Shown: positions 31,442 to 41,795 of the stretch, piece by piece
Numbering within the stretch: the first letter of the stretch is position 1
How the letters are laid out: every line of letters starts with the position of its first letter
NCBI GenBank assembly: GCA_963700985.1
Contig: OY969554.1
Span: 1,312,001-1,376,000 of the forward strand
Source: an uncultured Chlamydiales bacterium
GTDB taxonomy: Bacteria; Chlamydiota; Chlamydiia; Chlamydiales; Rhabdochlamydiaceae
Direction: 5' to 3'
Length of the DNA stretch: 64,000 nucleotides
Made by a program: the position numbers and the translations under genes
Notes under the pieces: model-generated
Seen by the model: only the letters and a program-made list of their open reading frames with translations
Told to the model about the DNA's origin: nothing
Database searches by the model: none

Positions 31442-33049
31442 CTAAGGCGTAAATCTTCTCTTTTTTGCAAAACCAAAGCGAGAGTCTTTGCGCGGCTCTC
31501 GACTTGGACCTGAGCGTTGATCTTGATAGGGGCCTGATCGTTCACGACTAGGACCAGAACGTTGATCTTGGAAGGAACCTGCTCTCTCACGGCCAGGGCC
31601 ATACCCGGAACCCGATCTTTGGCCTTGGAATGAGCCTGGTCTTTCTCGACTAGGACCTGAGCGCTGATCTTGGAAAGAACCAGATCTCTCGCGGCTAGGA
31701 CCCGATCTTTGGCCTTGGAATGAGCTTGGTCTTTCTCGACTTGGGCCTGAGCGTTGATCTTGAAAAGAACCTGAAAAGGAACCCGATCTCTCACGGCCAG
31801 AGCCTGAGCGTTGATCACGGCTCGGACCTCTGCTGCGGAATCTACCGCCACCGCCGCCTCTTCTTTCAGACTCAGAATCACGAGATGGAGAATAACCTCC
31901 AGAGGATCTAGCGCGTGCTTCCATACCAGGAACCACGTGTAGGCGTATCTTCTGTCCTGTAAATTGCTCAATGCGTCTCACAAGAGACTGTTCATTATAC
32001 TTAGCGAATGAAAACGCGGTTCCAGTGGCTCCAGCTCTACCAGTTCTACCGATACGGTGCACATAATCTTCCACACTCATCGGCAGATCAAAGTTAAACA
32101 CATGGCTAATAGCCGGGACGTCAATTCCCCTTGCTGCCACATCTGTGGCTACCAAGACCCGCACATCATTCTGTCTAAGCTTCATAATCATGCTCGTACG
32201 TTGACGTTGGCGCATGCCCCCGTGCAACACACCGACAGCCTCACCGCTTTTCCCTAGCTTCTCTGCTAACTGGTCAGCTTGGTGCTTTGTAGAAGTAAAT
32301 ACGATTGCCTGATGGACTGCTGGATCTTCGAGTAGGCTCTCTAAAAGACGGTATTTATGCGATATATCATCCACATTGACCAGAACTTGGTCGATGTTCT
32401 CATGTTTCTCTTCTTGACCTGCAACGCTGATTTCAACAGGATTTTTGAGCAGGCGTCTCGAAAGATTCATCACGCTGCCTTTGAGAGTAGCAGAAAACAA
32501 GAGCGTTTGGCGTGTTGGAGGAAGTGCAGCTGCAATCAGCTCTACGGGTTCGATGAATCCCATATCGAGCATTCGGTCGGCTTCATCCAAGATAAAGACT
32601 TCAACGCGCGAAAAATCAACTCGTTTCTGTTCGAGAAGGTCGATTAAGCGACCTGGTGTCGCAACCAGAATCTCAAAAGGACGAGCGAGCTCTTTGTATT
32701 GAGGAGGGTATGGAGTGCCGCCGTAGATACAAACAGTTTTAGCACGTAGAACATATTTGCAAAATTTTCTAGCTTCAGCTGCCACCTGAACGGCAAGCTC
32801 ACGAGTAGGAACTAGGATTAATGCACGAGGGCCTCTGCCAGGCAGCGTTGATGGTGTCATAAGGCGCATGAGGACAGGCAGAATAAAAGCCGCTGTCTTT
32901 CCTGTACCTGTCTGTGCAGATCCACGGATATCAGAACCCTTCGCTATCTCTGGAATAGCCTGGGCTTGAATAGGTGTAGGCTCTGTGTATCCGAGTTCTT
33001 CAAGTGCTTTGAGAATCTCAGGAAAAGGAATTAGATCTTGAAATGTCAT
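31442..33049 (-). CDS. DEAD-box RNA helicase (RhlE-like) with repetitive C-terminal tail
   Basis: AQTGTGKT, PTRELA, TPGRL, DEAD, SAT, HRIGRTGRAG. Confidence 0.95.
   Translation of the reverse strand: MTFQDLIPFPEILKALEELGYTEPTPIQAQAIPEIAKGSDIRGSAQTGTGKTAAFILPVLMRLMTPSTLPGRGPRALILVPTRELAVQVAAEARKFCKYVLRAKTVCIYGGTPYPPQYKELARPFEILVATPGRLIDLLEQKRVDFSRVEVFILDEADRMLDMGFIEPVELIAAALPPTRQTLLFSATLKGSVMNLSRRLLKNPVEISVAGQEEKHENIDQVLVNVDDISHKYRLLESLLEDPAVHQAIVFTSTKHQADQLAEKLGKSGEAVGVLHGGMRQRQRTSMIMKLRQNDVRVLVATDVAARGIDVPAISHVFNFDLPMSVEDYVHRIGRTGRAGATGTAFSFAKYNEQSLVRRIEQFTGQKIRLHVVPGMEARARSSGGYSPSRDSESERRGGGGGRFRSRGPSRDQRSGSGRERSGSFSGSFQDQRSGPSRERPSSFQGQRSGPSRERSGSFQDQRSGPSRERPGSFQGQRSGSGYGPGRERAGSFQDQRSGPSRERSGPYQDQRSGPSREPRKDSRFGFAKKRRFTP
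31495..31830 (-). repeat. Coding tandem repeat, about 45-nt unit (QDQRSGPSRERxGSF), about 7 imperfect copies
   Basis: Visible in translation and DNA, with an alternating 90-nt higher-order unit. Confidence 0.85.
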
Positions 33050-33181
33050 TTTATCTTCTTTGTGTGTCTTGGTATAATGAACAATTTGCTGAATTTAACA
33101 TATGTGCTCTATTAAAGGCAGCTTTTTTATTAATTTTTTGAGCCCTCTAACAAAATCAATTTATTTTCGTTGGTTCAAATG

Positions 33182-33211
33182 AAAAAAGCGGTGATAAATC
33201 ACCGCTTTTTT
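33182..33211. terminator. Symmetric intrinsic terminator
   Basis: AAAAAAGCGGTGAT-AA-ATCACCGCTTTTTT. Confidence 0.8.
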
Positions 33212-33241
33212 AGACTATTAGCTTCTAATAGTAATAAAAGA

Positions 33242-33925
33242 TTATTTAGGAGGGAAAATCACGGATTTACTCTCATCTTGTGCAAGAATAATTTGATAGC
33301 CGTTGGCTAAGATCTTCCAGCCTCGAGCGAGAAGGAAATTAATGACAAACTTGCCTTTTCCTCCGTGAGGCATCCCACAATCATCAATCATCACGATACT
33401 ACTTTTCGTGAGGTGCGGATAAGCATTCATGATCTCTTTTAAATGGTGCTGCTGAGATGGAATTGGATCATTCACATCAAAGTCATAGCTATCCAAATAG
33501 AGAAAGTCGATGGGCTCTTTGAAGTGATGCAAAAACGAGATCGCTTCTTCATTCACCAGACGCACATAGTGTCTGGATTCTCCCAAAGCACTGGCCGCAT
33601 TCGAAAGGGCGGCCATATTTAGATCTACAGAATAAAAGGTTCCACCGTTGTCACGTACGTAATCGCCTGCCAGAATAGTAAAGCCGCCATCTCCTTCAAA
33701 ACCCGAAGCTCCAAAACGGGAAGTGCCCGTCTCAACGATGTTTACTGGGTTTCTTTCTTTCATGAGTTGAAGAGCATAAAGAAGCGTTGCATATCGCTTA
33801 TCATTCTTATCAATTCGTCCTTCGAGATAGTGTTCAACCGGAATACGGCCATCTTGATCAGCAACAGCTTGATTAAAAGTCAGAGAAGACACGAGAACAA
33901 AGAGGGTCAAAAGAAAGCGTTTCAT
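33242..33925 (-). CDS. Class I SAM-dependent methyltransferase (Methyltransf_24-like) with predicted signal peptide
   Basis: IVETGT, YSVD, IDFLYLDS, IVMIDD motifs; MKRFLLTLFVLVSSLTFNQAVA leader; GGAG SD before ATG 33925. Confidence 0.75.
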   Translation of the reverse strand: MKRFLLTLFVLVSSLTFNQAVADQDGRIPVEHYLEGRIDKNDKRYATLLYALQLMKERNPVNIVETGTSRFGASGFEGDGGFTILAGDYVRDNGGTFYSVDLNMAALSNAASALGESRHYVRLVNEEAISFLHHFKEPIDFLYLDSYDFDVNDPIPSQQHHLKEIMNAYPHLTKSSIVMIDDCGMPHGGKGKFVINFLLARGWKILANGYQIILAQDESKSVIFPPK

Positions 33926-34050
33926 AAGGTTCTCCATTTTTGGGAATTGAAATTCTAAGCGATTCTCCAATTTGTGGATAGATCCGTTGACAAATTGTTA
34001 AAGAGATGCAATACGGAAGATAATTCGATAACTCTAACCTGAGATATTAT

Positions 34051-34374
34051 ATGTTGCTTTGGATTCTTTCACGTTTCGCATTGCGAAGACCCAAAAGAAA
34101 AGCTTGGGATCTTTTAACATCTTTCGTCGTTCTATGCGCTTTAGGTGGATTATTTGTCCTCACTGCATGCGGAGACGGCAGATACTACCATGACGGCTAC
34201 TATGATGGTGGTTATTACGATGACGGCTATTATAATCGACGTGGCTATCGCGACGGGCATTACCACAATGGTGGACATAATGGCGGCGGCGAGTGGCAAG
34301 GCGGTCATGGCGGTCACGGTGGCGAAGGTGGAGCTGGCGGTGGTCATAGCGGCGGTGGCGGCGGACATCACTGA
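34051..34374 (+). CDS. Gly/Tyr/His-rich putative lipoprotein
   Basis: Hydrophobic stretch and LTAC lipobox, followed by DGYY repeats and a GGH tail; followed by a terminator. Confidence 0.6.
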   Translation: MLLWILSRFALRRPKRKAWDLLTSFVVLCALGGLFVLTACGDGRYYHDGYYDGGYYDDGYYNRRGYRDGHYHNGGHNGGGEWQGGHGGHGGEGGAGGGHSGGGGGHH

Positions 34375-34405
34375 TTAAGACAGCGTTCTTCTTAGTACAG
34401 ACATA

Positions 34406-34440
34406 AGCTGAAGCTCTCTTACGAGGGCTTCAGCTGTTTT
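34406..34440. terminator. Terminator between convergent genes
   Basis: AGCTGAAGCTCTC-TTAC-GAGGGCTTCAGCT then GTTTT. Confidence 0.7.
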
Positions 34441-34866
34441 CTATAGCTTCTTAGTTAAGAAAAGGACGTTAAAAGGTCCATCGCGCTGATAATCGATTAA
34501 ATCCATCAGGTTCTGTGTAAACAGAATTCCAAGACCACCTTCTTCTCTTTCTTCCAATTCTGCAAGAGGGTCTGTGCGAGGCTTTTGAAGGATCGGATTG
34601 AAGGGTATTCCGCGATCTTTAACGATAAACATGAGTCGATCGCCAGGATAGAGTTCACAGGTTAGATGGACTTCGCCCTTATGCTCGGGATAAGCGTAGC
34701 GCACCACATTCACTAGAACCTCTTCTAAGGCGAGCTCTGCTCTCCTCGTCTCCTTTCCTTCCAGGTACGCTTCTTTGCAACATTGACGAATCCATTCAAA
34801 AACGGCAGGCAGTTTATCAAATTCGGCTAGAAAAGTAATTTCCTGAATTCTTGGTGTAGATGACAT
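34441..34866 (-). CDS. rsbW: Anti-sigma factor Ser/Thr kinase
   Basis: LALEEVLVNVVRYAY, KDRGIPFNP, EGGLGI (HATPase_c_2); chlamydial synteny. Confidence 0.9.
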   Translation of the reverse strand: MSSTPRIQEITFLAEFDKLPAVFEWIRQCCKEAYLEGKETRRAELALEEVLVNVVRYAYPEHKGEVHLTCELYPGDRLMFIVKDRGIPFNPILQKPRTDPLAELEEREEGGLGILFTQNLMDLIDYQRDGPFNVLFLTKKL

Positions 34867-35459
34867 TAGAGACTCATTTTTAAGCCTTCGACGATTTTCT
34901 GGGATAGATGGCGATAAAGAGGTGTTGAAGAATCATCTTGAGCCCCTTCGATGGAGTCTAGCTGGCCAAGAGAAAGAGCGATGGTGCGCTGAGGAGGACG
35001 TCCATCTTCAAAAAAAAGCAGGTCGCGAACGGAATAGGGATCGATGTAATCGTATTCGGTGTGCGCAACCACTTTGGTTGGCTCGAGCAGAATTGTATCA
35101 GTGCGGCTGTCGATCAAGGAGATCTCCACAATCAGCTCACGGCGATTTTCTATGCCTACTAGCCTGTGCCTTCGCTTGCCTTCTTTTCCATGCCGATCAT
35201 AACGATAGCCTATGCGATCTACGTTATCGGATACGATCACCGCATTCAAAAGTAGTTCGCCCCCACTTTTCACACATTCAAAACTCCCAGATGCGGAGAG
35301 TTGATGAAGAAGCTCACTTGTGAGCTTACCTTCTGCATCGCCCTTCACATATGGAACAGTGATGGTGTGTACAGTAGACGCTACTTCTTCTGCTTCATAA
35401 CGATATCCGCAAGCAGAAAGAAGGAGCAACACCCAAAGAAAATAGGTCTTTTTGATCAT
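34866..35459 (-). CDS. LptE-like outer membrane lipoprotein
   Basis: LSACGY lipobox, TITVPYV, LptE-like size and layout; between bamD and rsbW. Confidence 0.7.
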   Translation of the reverse strand: MIKKTYFLWVLLLLSACGYRYEAEEVASTVHTITVPYVKGDAEGKLTSELLHQLSASGSFECVKSGGELLLNAVIVSDNVDRIGYRYDRHGKEGKRRHRLVGIENRRELIVEISLIDSRTDTILLEPTKVVAHTEYDYIDPYSVRDLLFFEDGRPPQRTIALSLGQLDSIEGAQDDSSTPLYRHLSQKIVEGLKMSL

Positions 35460-35460
35460 T

Positions 35461-36453
35461 TTACTCTGAAACAACAACCGGAGCAGACTCGACTGGCTCT
35501 TCAGCTGTTTTTGGCTGTATCTTATCTAAGCGTCTTTGAGAAAGGGCCGCACATTTGGTATTGGGATAGTTGGTAACAACTTTTGTGTAGTAGATGATCG
35601 ATGCATGAGGTTTTTTTGTACGCTCAAAAAACTGCGCGGTTTCATATAAATTAGTGGCGTAGATCTCTTGCATTTGCATATGCATAGCTTCGGCTTGCTG
35701 CACCTGTTCATCTTGTGGGAAATCTAGCTTGAATTTACGTAGATTAATCTCTGCTAGATCTAAGAAATCAGGGTCGGGATACTGATTTTGGCACTGGCTT
35801 AAATAGACTTCACCAATTCCGAGATAACTCTGTGCAGAGAGCGCATTTTTCGGAAAACGGCGGATAAGCATCTGATAGGTTTCTATGCAGGTCTTATAAT
35901 CTTCATCTTTTAAAAGAAGGCGCGCTTTACCATATAGCGCCTTTGCGCCGAGTTCATGGTGTGGCAAGGCAGTGATTACTTCATCGTAGATACCTAGAGC
36001 CTCTTCGCGAGCAGGAGCCCATTTAGGCATGCTCTTCCAACCCATGAGATGTCTTCTAGCACCTTTCTGAAACATTTCAGCGATAGAAAACTTATACTGA
36101 ATCGCTTCTTCAAAGTGTTTAGGCGTCGTCTGTTTTTTCAAATAAATTGTAAACTGCTCGTTGGCTAAATCAAATTCTTTTTGGTTAAAATACCCAACAC
36201 CAAGGTAGAAAAGAGCTTCTTGAGCGAACGGGGTATCGGGAAAGCTTTTTGTAACGATGATTGCTTGTTGGACTAGGGTATCCCACTTTTTCTTCTGAAA
36301 GGCCTCCATAGCCGCGCTATAATGCTCTTGGACAGACTTAGTCGCCACTTCCTCTTGGGGAACGAGCCGTCCATCTTTTAGAAGGTAGGCAGCATGCGCA
36401 ACAAAAGGTGAAAGTACTAACGAAGAAAGAACTAAACTAAACAGTGTTTTCAT
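35461..36453 (-). CDS. bamD: TPR outer membrane assembly protein BamD-like
   Basis: Signal peptide, TPR helices with FP.T.FA.EA.F.LG and ..RFP motifs. Confidence 0.75.
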   Translation of the reverse strand: MKTLFSLVLSSLVLSPFVAHAAYLLKDGRLVPQEEVATKSVQEHYSAAMEAFQKKKWDTLVQQAIIVTKSFPDTPFAQEALFYLGVGYFNQKEFDLANEQFTIYLKKQTTPKHFEEAIQYKFSIAEMFQKGARRHLMGWKSMPKWAPAREEALGIYDEVITALPHHELGAKALYGKARLLLKDEDYKTCIETYQMLIRRFPKNALSAQSYLGIGEVYLSQCQNQYPDPDFLDLAEINLRKFKLDFPQDEQVQQAEAMHMQMQEIYATNLYETAQFFERTKKPHASIIYYTKVVTNYPNTKCAALSQRRLDKIQPKTAEEPVESAPVVVSE

Positions 36454-36474
36454 AATATAATGAAATTAATCTCT

Positions 36475-39400
36475 CTATGAAAAGATGTCAACAACAGATG
36501 AAATGCGTTTTAGCTCAGCTTCAAGCTTAGTGCTGTGCTCTATCCCCCAAGAACTATCGATCTCAATGTTGCCTAAGATGCCGTCCTGATTGAAAAATTC
36601 TAATTTAACTGCAGTAGATCCAGAATGTGAGCGGAAAATTTTTTTCAGCTCTAGAACATGACTCAGGCGGACGATTTCTGCATCGAGACGTAGGCGTAAC
36701 ATTTTTGGGGCCTCTTTTTTGGGGGCCGCGGGGGCCTTTTCTTGCATCCGCTGGCGAGATTCTGCCATTTTAACATGAATTTTTGCTTTATCATAAGCCG
36801 TATCGCACTCACGGATCATTTCATCACTGGCTTGCGTAAGATCACCCAGCCATTTACACTGCAAGCGGATCGTCTCTTCATCTTCACGATCTACGACCAA
36901 AACAGCGTAGAGCAACTGATTTTCAACCAGCAGATGCTGCTTCTCTTCGTAGAGATCTGACCAGATCGGCAATTCAAAACGCTCTATGCCATCACTGATG
37001 GTTAGAATTGCAAATTTCCGTTGATTTTTCTGTCCAATCTTCACATTGATAATTTCGATGATAAAAGCAGAGCGCACCACGGCGCCTTTATCCAATGTGG
37101 AAAAATGATTTAGCGGCACACAAGATAGCCGCTGCATGATTGTACGGTACTCATCCATCGGGTGACCAGTAAGGTAGAAGCCTAAAAGCTCTTTTTCGCG
37201 CTTTAAGATCTTCTGTTTATCTTCTTTCTCTTCGATTTCAGGAGGCAGATCGCTCGGCTTTTCTTCGACCAAAGAGAAAAGACTGAGTACGCCGCGCTCG
37301 GCTTCTTTTTGATCGCGCGATGAGGTTGCAAAAAGAGGATCGACGCTGACAAGAAGCGCCTGTCGCGACCATCCAGTAAAGTCGAAGCAACCCGCCTCGA
37401 TTAGATGCTCGGCAGCTTTTTTTCCAACTTTTTTCGTATCGGTGCGCTTTAAAAAATCAGCAAGGGATTTGAACCAACCACCGCGTTTGCGCTCCTCGAT
37501 GATCGCTTCAACTACGCCTTCGCCAATGCCTTTAATCGCTGTAATTGCAAAGCGGATGCCCTGTTCAGTTGAAACAAATTCCTTACCCGACTCGTTGACG
37601 TCAGGCGGAAGGATCGCAAGGTTCATGGCTCGACACTCGCCAATCACCTTAGCTACTTTGGAAAGGTCATCGCGATCAGAGGTCATGAGGGCTGCCATCC
37701 ACTCACCTGGATAATTCGCCTTTAAATAGCTAGTGACATAGGTCAAATATCCATAAGCTGCAGCATGTGACTTATTGAATCCATATGACGCAAACTTCTC
37801 TACTTTATCAAAGATGCGCATGGAAGTCTGTTCGTCGATGCCATTTTTAAGTGCACCCATGCGGAACTTCTGCCGCTGACCCATCATCTCTTCTCGATCC
37901 TTTTTACCCATCGCACGTCTTAAGACGTCGCCTTCTCCTAAGGTATAGCCTCCGAGATGGCTGGCGATTTGCATTACCTGCTCTTGATAGACCATAATTC
38001 CATAGGTCTCTGACAAGATATCTTTCATGAGCGGATGGTCGATCTCGAGCTCTTCTTTACCGTGCTTACGTTGGATGAAGGAGGGAATCATCTCCATGGG
38101 GCCAGGTCGATAGAGCGCGCCTACCGCGATAATCTCTTCAAAACAGTCGATATGCAGCTGCTTAGCAAGTTCTTGCATTCCAGCAGACTCTACTTGGAAA
38201 ATCCCTAGAGTTTTAGCTTGATTAAGCAGCGAGAAGGTCTTTTTATCTTCAAGAGGCAGGTTCACCCAATCGAGTGCAACGCCATGGTTAGCCTTCACGG
38301 CATCGACGGCTAGCTGAATTGATGTGAGTGTTTTCAAACCCAAGAAGTCGATCTTCAACATCCCCACGGTTTCAACGGGCTTCATGGAAAACTGGGTGAC
38401 TACTATGTCTGTATCTTTGGCTACGCAAACAGGAATGCGATCCATGATCGGATCGGCAGAAATAATTAACCCGGCGGCATGAATGCCTGTATTACGTACG
38501 GATCCTTCTAAAATTCTAGCTAGATCGATACAGCGATGCACCTCATCATCCGTCTCATATTGCTGTCGCAGCATGGGATCGAGCTCAAATGCTTTATCGA
38601 GCGTCATGTTAGGATCTTCGGGCACAAGCTTAGCAATCGCGTTGACCTTGGCTAATGGAATGCTGAGTACTCGACCGACGTCTTTGATCGCCATCTTGGC
38701 TTTCATCGTGCCAAAAGTGATAATCTGAGCGACTTTATCTTTGCCATATTTGCGAATCGTATAATCGATCACCTCACCACGTCGATCCATGCAGATATCG
38801 ACGTCGATATCGGGATAGGATAAGCGTTCAGGGTTGATAAAGCGCTCGAAAAAGAGGCTAAATCTAAGCGGTTCAATATCGGTGATCTGAATGAGATAAA
38901 GGACGATCGATCCGGCTCCAGAACCTCGCCCTGGGCCCATCGGAATGCCACTGCTTTTAGCCCAAGCGATAAAATCCCACACGATCAGCAGATAATCACC
39001 CATCCCTTTAGAAATGATGATTTCCAACTCATAGCTGAGTCGATCGCGCACAACTTGCAGAGGGTCTTTTCCGGGATATTTTTCTTGGACTTTAAGCAGT
39101 CTCTCAGGGGTATAGCGCTTTGCAATTCCCTCTTCACAAAGCTTTCTTAAAAAGGCTTCGGCGGCTTTTTCGCGTTCTTCCTTTGTAAAACTCTTTCCTT
39201 CTAAATGCGGCGGCACGAATACAGGATAATACTTTGTCTTAAAATCCATCTCGAACTGGCAGCGACTTACAATTGTCTGCGTTGCGGCAATAGCTTCTGG
39301 AAAGTCAGCAAAAAGCGTGCACATCTCATCTGGAGATTTAAAATTGTGCGCATGAGAAGCAATCGTCTGGCGCTTAGGATTTAGAATGCGATTTTTAGGA

Positions 39401-40188
39401 TTTCCTTGCGAATCTCTCTCCCAGATTTCACACGGCTCGCCCGATTGGATATTCATCATGACTTCGTGCGCTTTCCAGTCGGCCCGTTCAAGATAATGGG
39501 TTTCACCTGTTGCAACGCAAGGAATTCCATACTCTTTAGAAAGCTCACGGAAGCGACTGATTACTAGCTCTTCTTGAGCCACCCAATCTTGATAATTTTG
39601 ATAAGCCCAACCCTCATCGCGCATGCCATCCGCATTAATCTCTTCTTCGCTCATCGGATGGCGCTGGACTTCGAGAAAATAGTCTTCTCCAAAAAGCTCT
39701 TTGTACCACTTTAATTCAGCCGCCAGTTCTTCCTCATTTTTCTGAAGAACAAGTTGAGAGATATGGCTTTGTAATGGCCCAGAAAGGCAGATCAACCCTT
39801 CGTGATGTTTGCTGAGCAGCTCTTTATCGATGCGTGGAACGTAATAAAAGCCTTCAAGATGTGCCAGCGAAGAGAGCTTGCATAGGTTTTCATAACCCTG
39901 CTTGTTCTTTGCCAGTAGCACAATTGGAAAACCAACAGGCTGTTTTCCCTGACGTTTTTTCTCATGGCGCGAACCTGGTGCGACTGCAAGCTCACAGCCT
40001 AAAATAGATTTGACTCCCGCCTCTTTACATGCTTTGAAAAATTCAACCGCGCCGTAAAGATTGCCAGAATCCGTAAGTGCAACGGCAGACATGCCAGAAG
40101 CTTTGGCTTTAGCCGCAAGCTTCTGGATAGAAATTGTCGAATCTAAAATTGAATATTGAGAGTGAACATGCAGAGCCGTCCAGGACAT
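36475..40188 (-). CDS. dnaE: DNA polymerase III alpha subunit
   Basis: PHP LHVHSQYSILD, GPGRGSGAGS, PDIDVD, FASYGFNKSHAAAY. Confidence 0.98.
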   Translation of the reverse strand: MSWTALHVHSQYSILDSTISIQKLAAKAKASGMSAVALTDSGNLYGAVEFFKACKEAGVKSILGCELAVAPGSRHEKKRQGKQPVGFPIVLLAKNKQGYENLCKLSSLAHLEGFYYVPRIDKELLSKHHEGLICLSGPLQSHISQLVLQKNEEELAAELKWYKELFGEDYFLEVQRHPMSEEEINADGMRDEGWAYQNYQDWVAQEELVISRFRELSKEYGIPCVATGETHYLERADWKAHEVMMNIQSGEPCEIWERDSQGNPKNRILNPKRQTIASHAHNFKSPDEMCTLFADFPEAIAATQTIVSRCQFEMDFKTKYYPVFVPPHLEGKSFTKEEREKAAEAFLRKLCEEGIAKRYTPERLLKVQEKYPGKDPLQVVRDRLSYELEIIISKGMGDYLLIVWDFIAWAKSSGIPMGPGRGSGAGSIVLYLIQITDIEPLRFSLFFERFINPERLSYPDIDVDICMDRRGEVIDYTIRKYGKDKVAQIITFGTMKAKMAIKDVGRVLSIPLAKVNAIAKLVPEDPNMTLDKAFELDPMLRQQYETDDEVHRCIDLARILEGSVRNTGIHAAGLIISADPIMDRIPVCVAKDTDIVVTQFSMKPVETVGMLKIDFLGLKTLTSIQLAVDAVKANHGVALDWVNLPLEDKKTFSLLNQAKTLGIFQVESAGMQELAKQLHIDCFEEIIAVGALYRPGPMEMIPSFIQRKHGKEELEIDHPLMKDILSETYGIMVYQEQVMQIASHLGGYTLGEGDVLRRAMGKKDREEMMGQRQKFRMGALKNGIDEQTSMRIFDKVEKFASYGFNKSHAAAYGYLTYVTSYLKANYPGEWMAALMTSDRDDLSKVAKVIGECRAMNLAILPPDVNESGKEFVSTEQGIRFAITAIKGIGEGVVEAIIEERKRGGWFKSLADFLKRTDTKKVGKKAAEHLIEAGCFDFTGWSRQALLVSVDPLFATSSRDQKEAERGVLSLFSLVEEKPSDLPPEIEEKEDKQKILKREKELLGFYLTGHPMDEYRTIMQRLSCVPLNHFSTLDKGAVVRSAFIIEIINVKIGQKNQRKFAILTISDGIERFELPIWSDLYEEKQHLLVENQLLYAVLVVDREDEETIRLQCKWLGDLTQASDEMIRECDTAYDKAKIHVKMAESRQRMQEKAPAAPKKEAPKMLRLRLDAEIVRLSHVLELKKIFRSHSGSTAVKLEFFNQDGILGNIEIDSSWGIEHSTKLEAELKRISSVVDIFS

Positions 40189-40197
40189 GGTGTGTGA

Positions 40198-41622
40198 TTA
40201 ACCCTCTTCAGGAGGTGCATTTTCGATAGCAGATGGTGTCTTCTTATTTTTATCATCTGTATCCGCCAGAAAACGCGGATTGCTCTTAACAGCCCACATG
40301 GGAAGCAAGAGCGCCACAGAGATAGCGCCACAAACAGCTAAGCAGGCAAAAAACCCAAACCAGCCGAACTCTTGTGTCATTTTTCCTAAAGGATAGCCTG
40401 CGGTAGCTGCACCCAGGTAGGCGATCCATCCCACAAATCCTGTGGCTGAACCCGCAGCTTTTTTATGCGAAAGTTCGGCAGCTGCCATTCCAATGAGCAT
40501 CTGCGGCCCAAAGATTAAAAAGCCGATTACGAACATGATGGCAAAATCTAAAAGAGGCACGCCAGGAGGCGAAAGCCAGAGAGCGCCCACTGCGAAGATC
40601 ACCGCAAAGCTAAAGAGCACGTTAATCGGTCCACGCCTTCCTTTAAAAATGCGATCGGAGGCAAGGCCGGCAACTAAACTACCAAAGACCCCACCGATTT
40701 CAAACCAGAACACGCAAGCTCCAGCTGTGAGAAGAGAATAACCCTTGGTTTCAACCAGATAGAGCACGCTCCAATCGTTAATTCCAGTGCGGATAATGTA
40801 GACGAAGAAGTAGGAGATGGCCAGAAGCCAGATGTATTTATTCGTTAGAACATATTTGAAGAGGATCTCCTTCATGGGGAGTTCCTTTTCCTGTTCATGT
40901 TTAGCTGTGGGATAGTCGTCTCTAAATTTTTCAATTGGGGGCAGGCCAAGCGATTGAGGAGTGTCGCGCAAGCGGTTAATGACAAACAATCCTACACCGA
41001 TACAGAGCACACCAGGAATATACATGGCATAGCGCCAACCCCAATATTCTGCGCAAAATGCGGCCAAGAGTGGAATGAGCGCTCCACCTACGCTATGAGA
41101 AGAGTTCCAGAATCCCCACCAGGTTCCACGCTCTTTTTGTGAATACCAGTGAGTAAGAAGACGCGCACAAGGCGGCCAACCCCATCCTTGAAACCAGCCA
41201 TTTAGGCCCCAGAAAATCGCAAAAAAGACGAGCGAAGAGGTGAACCCAAAAAGAATATTGAGAACACCCGTTAGAATTAGACCCGCTGCCATGAAGTAGC
41301 GAGGATTAGATCTATCGGCCAAAATGCCACTTAGAAACTTACTCATTCCGTAAGTGATTGAGAGAATACTGCCTAGAATTCCAAGATCGGACTTATCAAA
41401 GCCCAGATCCTGAATAAGCGCAGGCATCGCAAACGTAAAGCTTTTGCGCGAGAAGTAGTAGAAAATGTAGCCGATATACATCCCTGAAAAGATGCGCAGC
41501 CGCCAATACTTATACTTTTTTTTAACAACTTCCGGATCAGCGATCTCTTCTTTATAGGGCGCGGGCTTAAACAGATCTAAGATGCTCACGCAAGCCGTCC
41601 TTTGTATATTTTGTGCCGACAC
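40198..41622 (-). CDS. uhpC: Hexose-phosphate MFS transporter (start may be GTG 41589)
   Basis: YKYWRLRIF, YFSRKSF, NGWFQGWGWPPC, WYSQKERG; sits between dnaE and hisS as in Chlamydia. Confidence 0.9.
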   Translation of the reverse strand: MSAQNIQRTACVSILDLFKPAPYKEEIADPEVVKKKYKYWRLRIFSGMYIGYIFYYFSRKSFTFAMPALIQDLGFDKSDLGILGSILSITYGMSKFLSGILADRSNPRYFMAAGLILTGVLNILFGFTSSLVFFAIFWGLNGWFQGWGWPPCARLLTHWYSQKERGTWWGFWNSSHSVGGALIPLLAAFCAEYWGWRYAMYIPGVLCIGVGLFVINRLRDTPQSLGLPPIEKFRDDYPTAKHEQEKELPMKEILFKYVLTNKYIWLLAISYFFVYIIRTGINDWSVLYLVETKGYSLLTAGACVFWFEIGGVFGSLVAGLASDRIFKGRRGPINVLFSFAVIFAVGALWLSPPGVPLLDFAIMFVIGFLIFGPQMLIGMAAAELSHKKAAGSATGFVGWIAYLGAATAGYPLGKMTQEFGWFGFFACLAVCGAISVALLLPMWAVKSNPRFLADTDDKNKKTPSAIENAPPEEG

Positions 41623-41795
41623 CCATTATGCAAAATTTGGGCCATTTCAAAAAGAGAAGAAAATTAAAAAGATTTATACCAGATGTCAATCATTTTTTAT
41701 TTTTACCATAGCCTCTTGCAATTGAAGACAATAGCGTAACGATGTTATGTCTTGTCACATATGCATATAAAAAAATTTAATGCGAGCGTTGCCTG

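Noticed and set aside
31495-31830. Possible CRISPR array
   Set aside because: In-frame coding repeats with no unique spacers and no cas genes nearby
31435-31971. 178-aa alternate-frame ORF overlapping the helicase tail
   Set aside because: Shadow of the tandem repeat with no independent evidence
36475-40188. Possible intein in dnaE
   Set aside because: Length is normal for chlamydial DnaE and no intein splice-junction or LAGLIDADG motifs were seen
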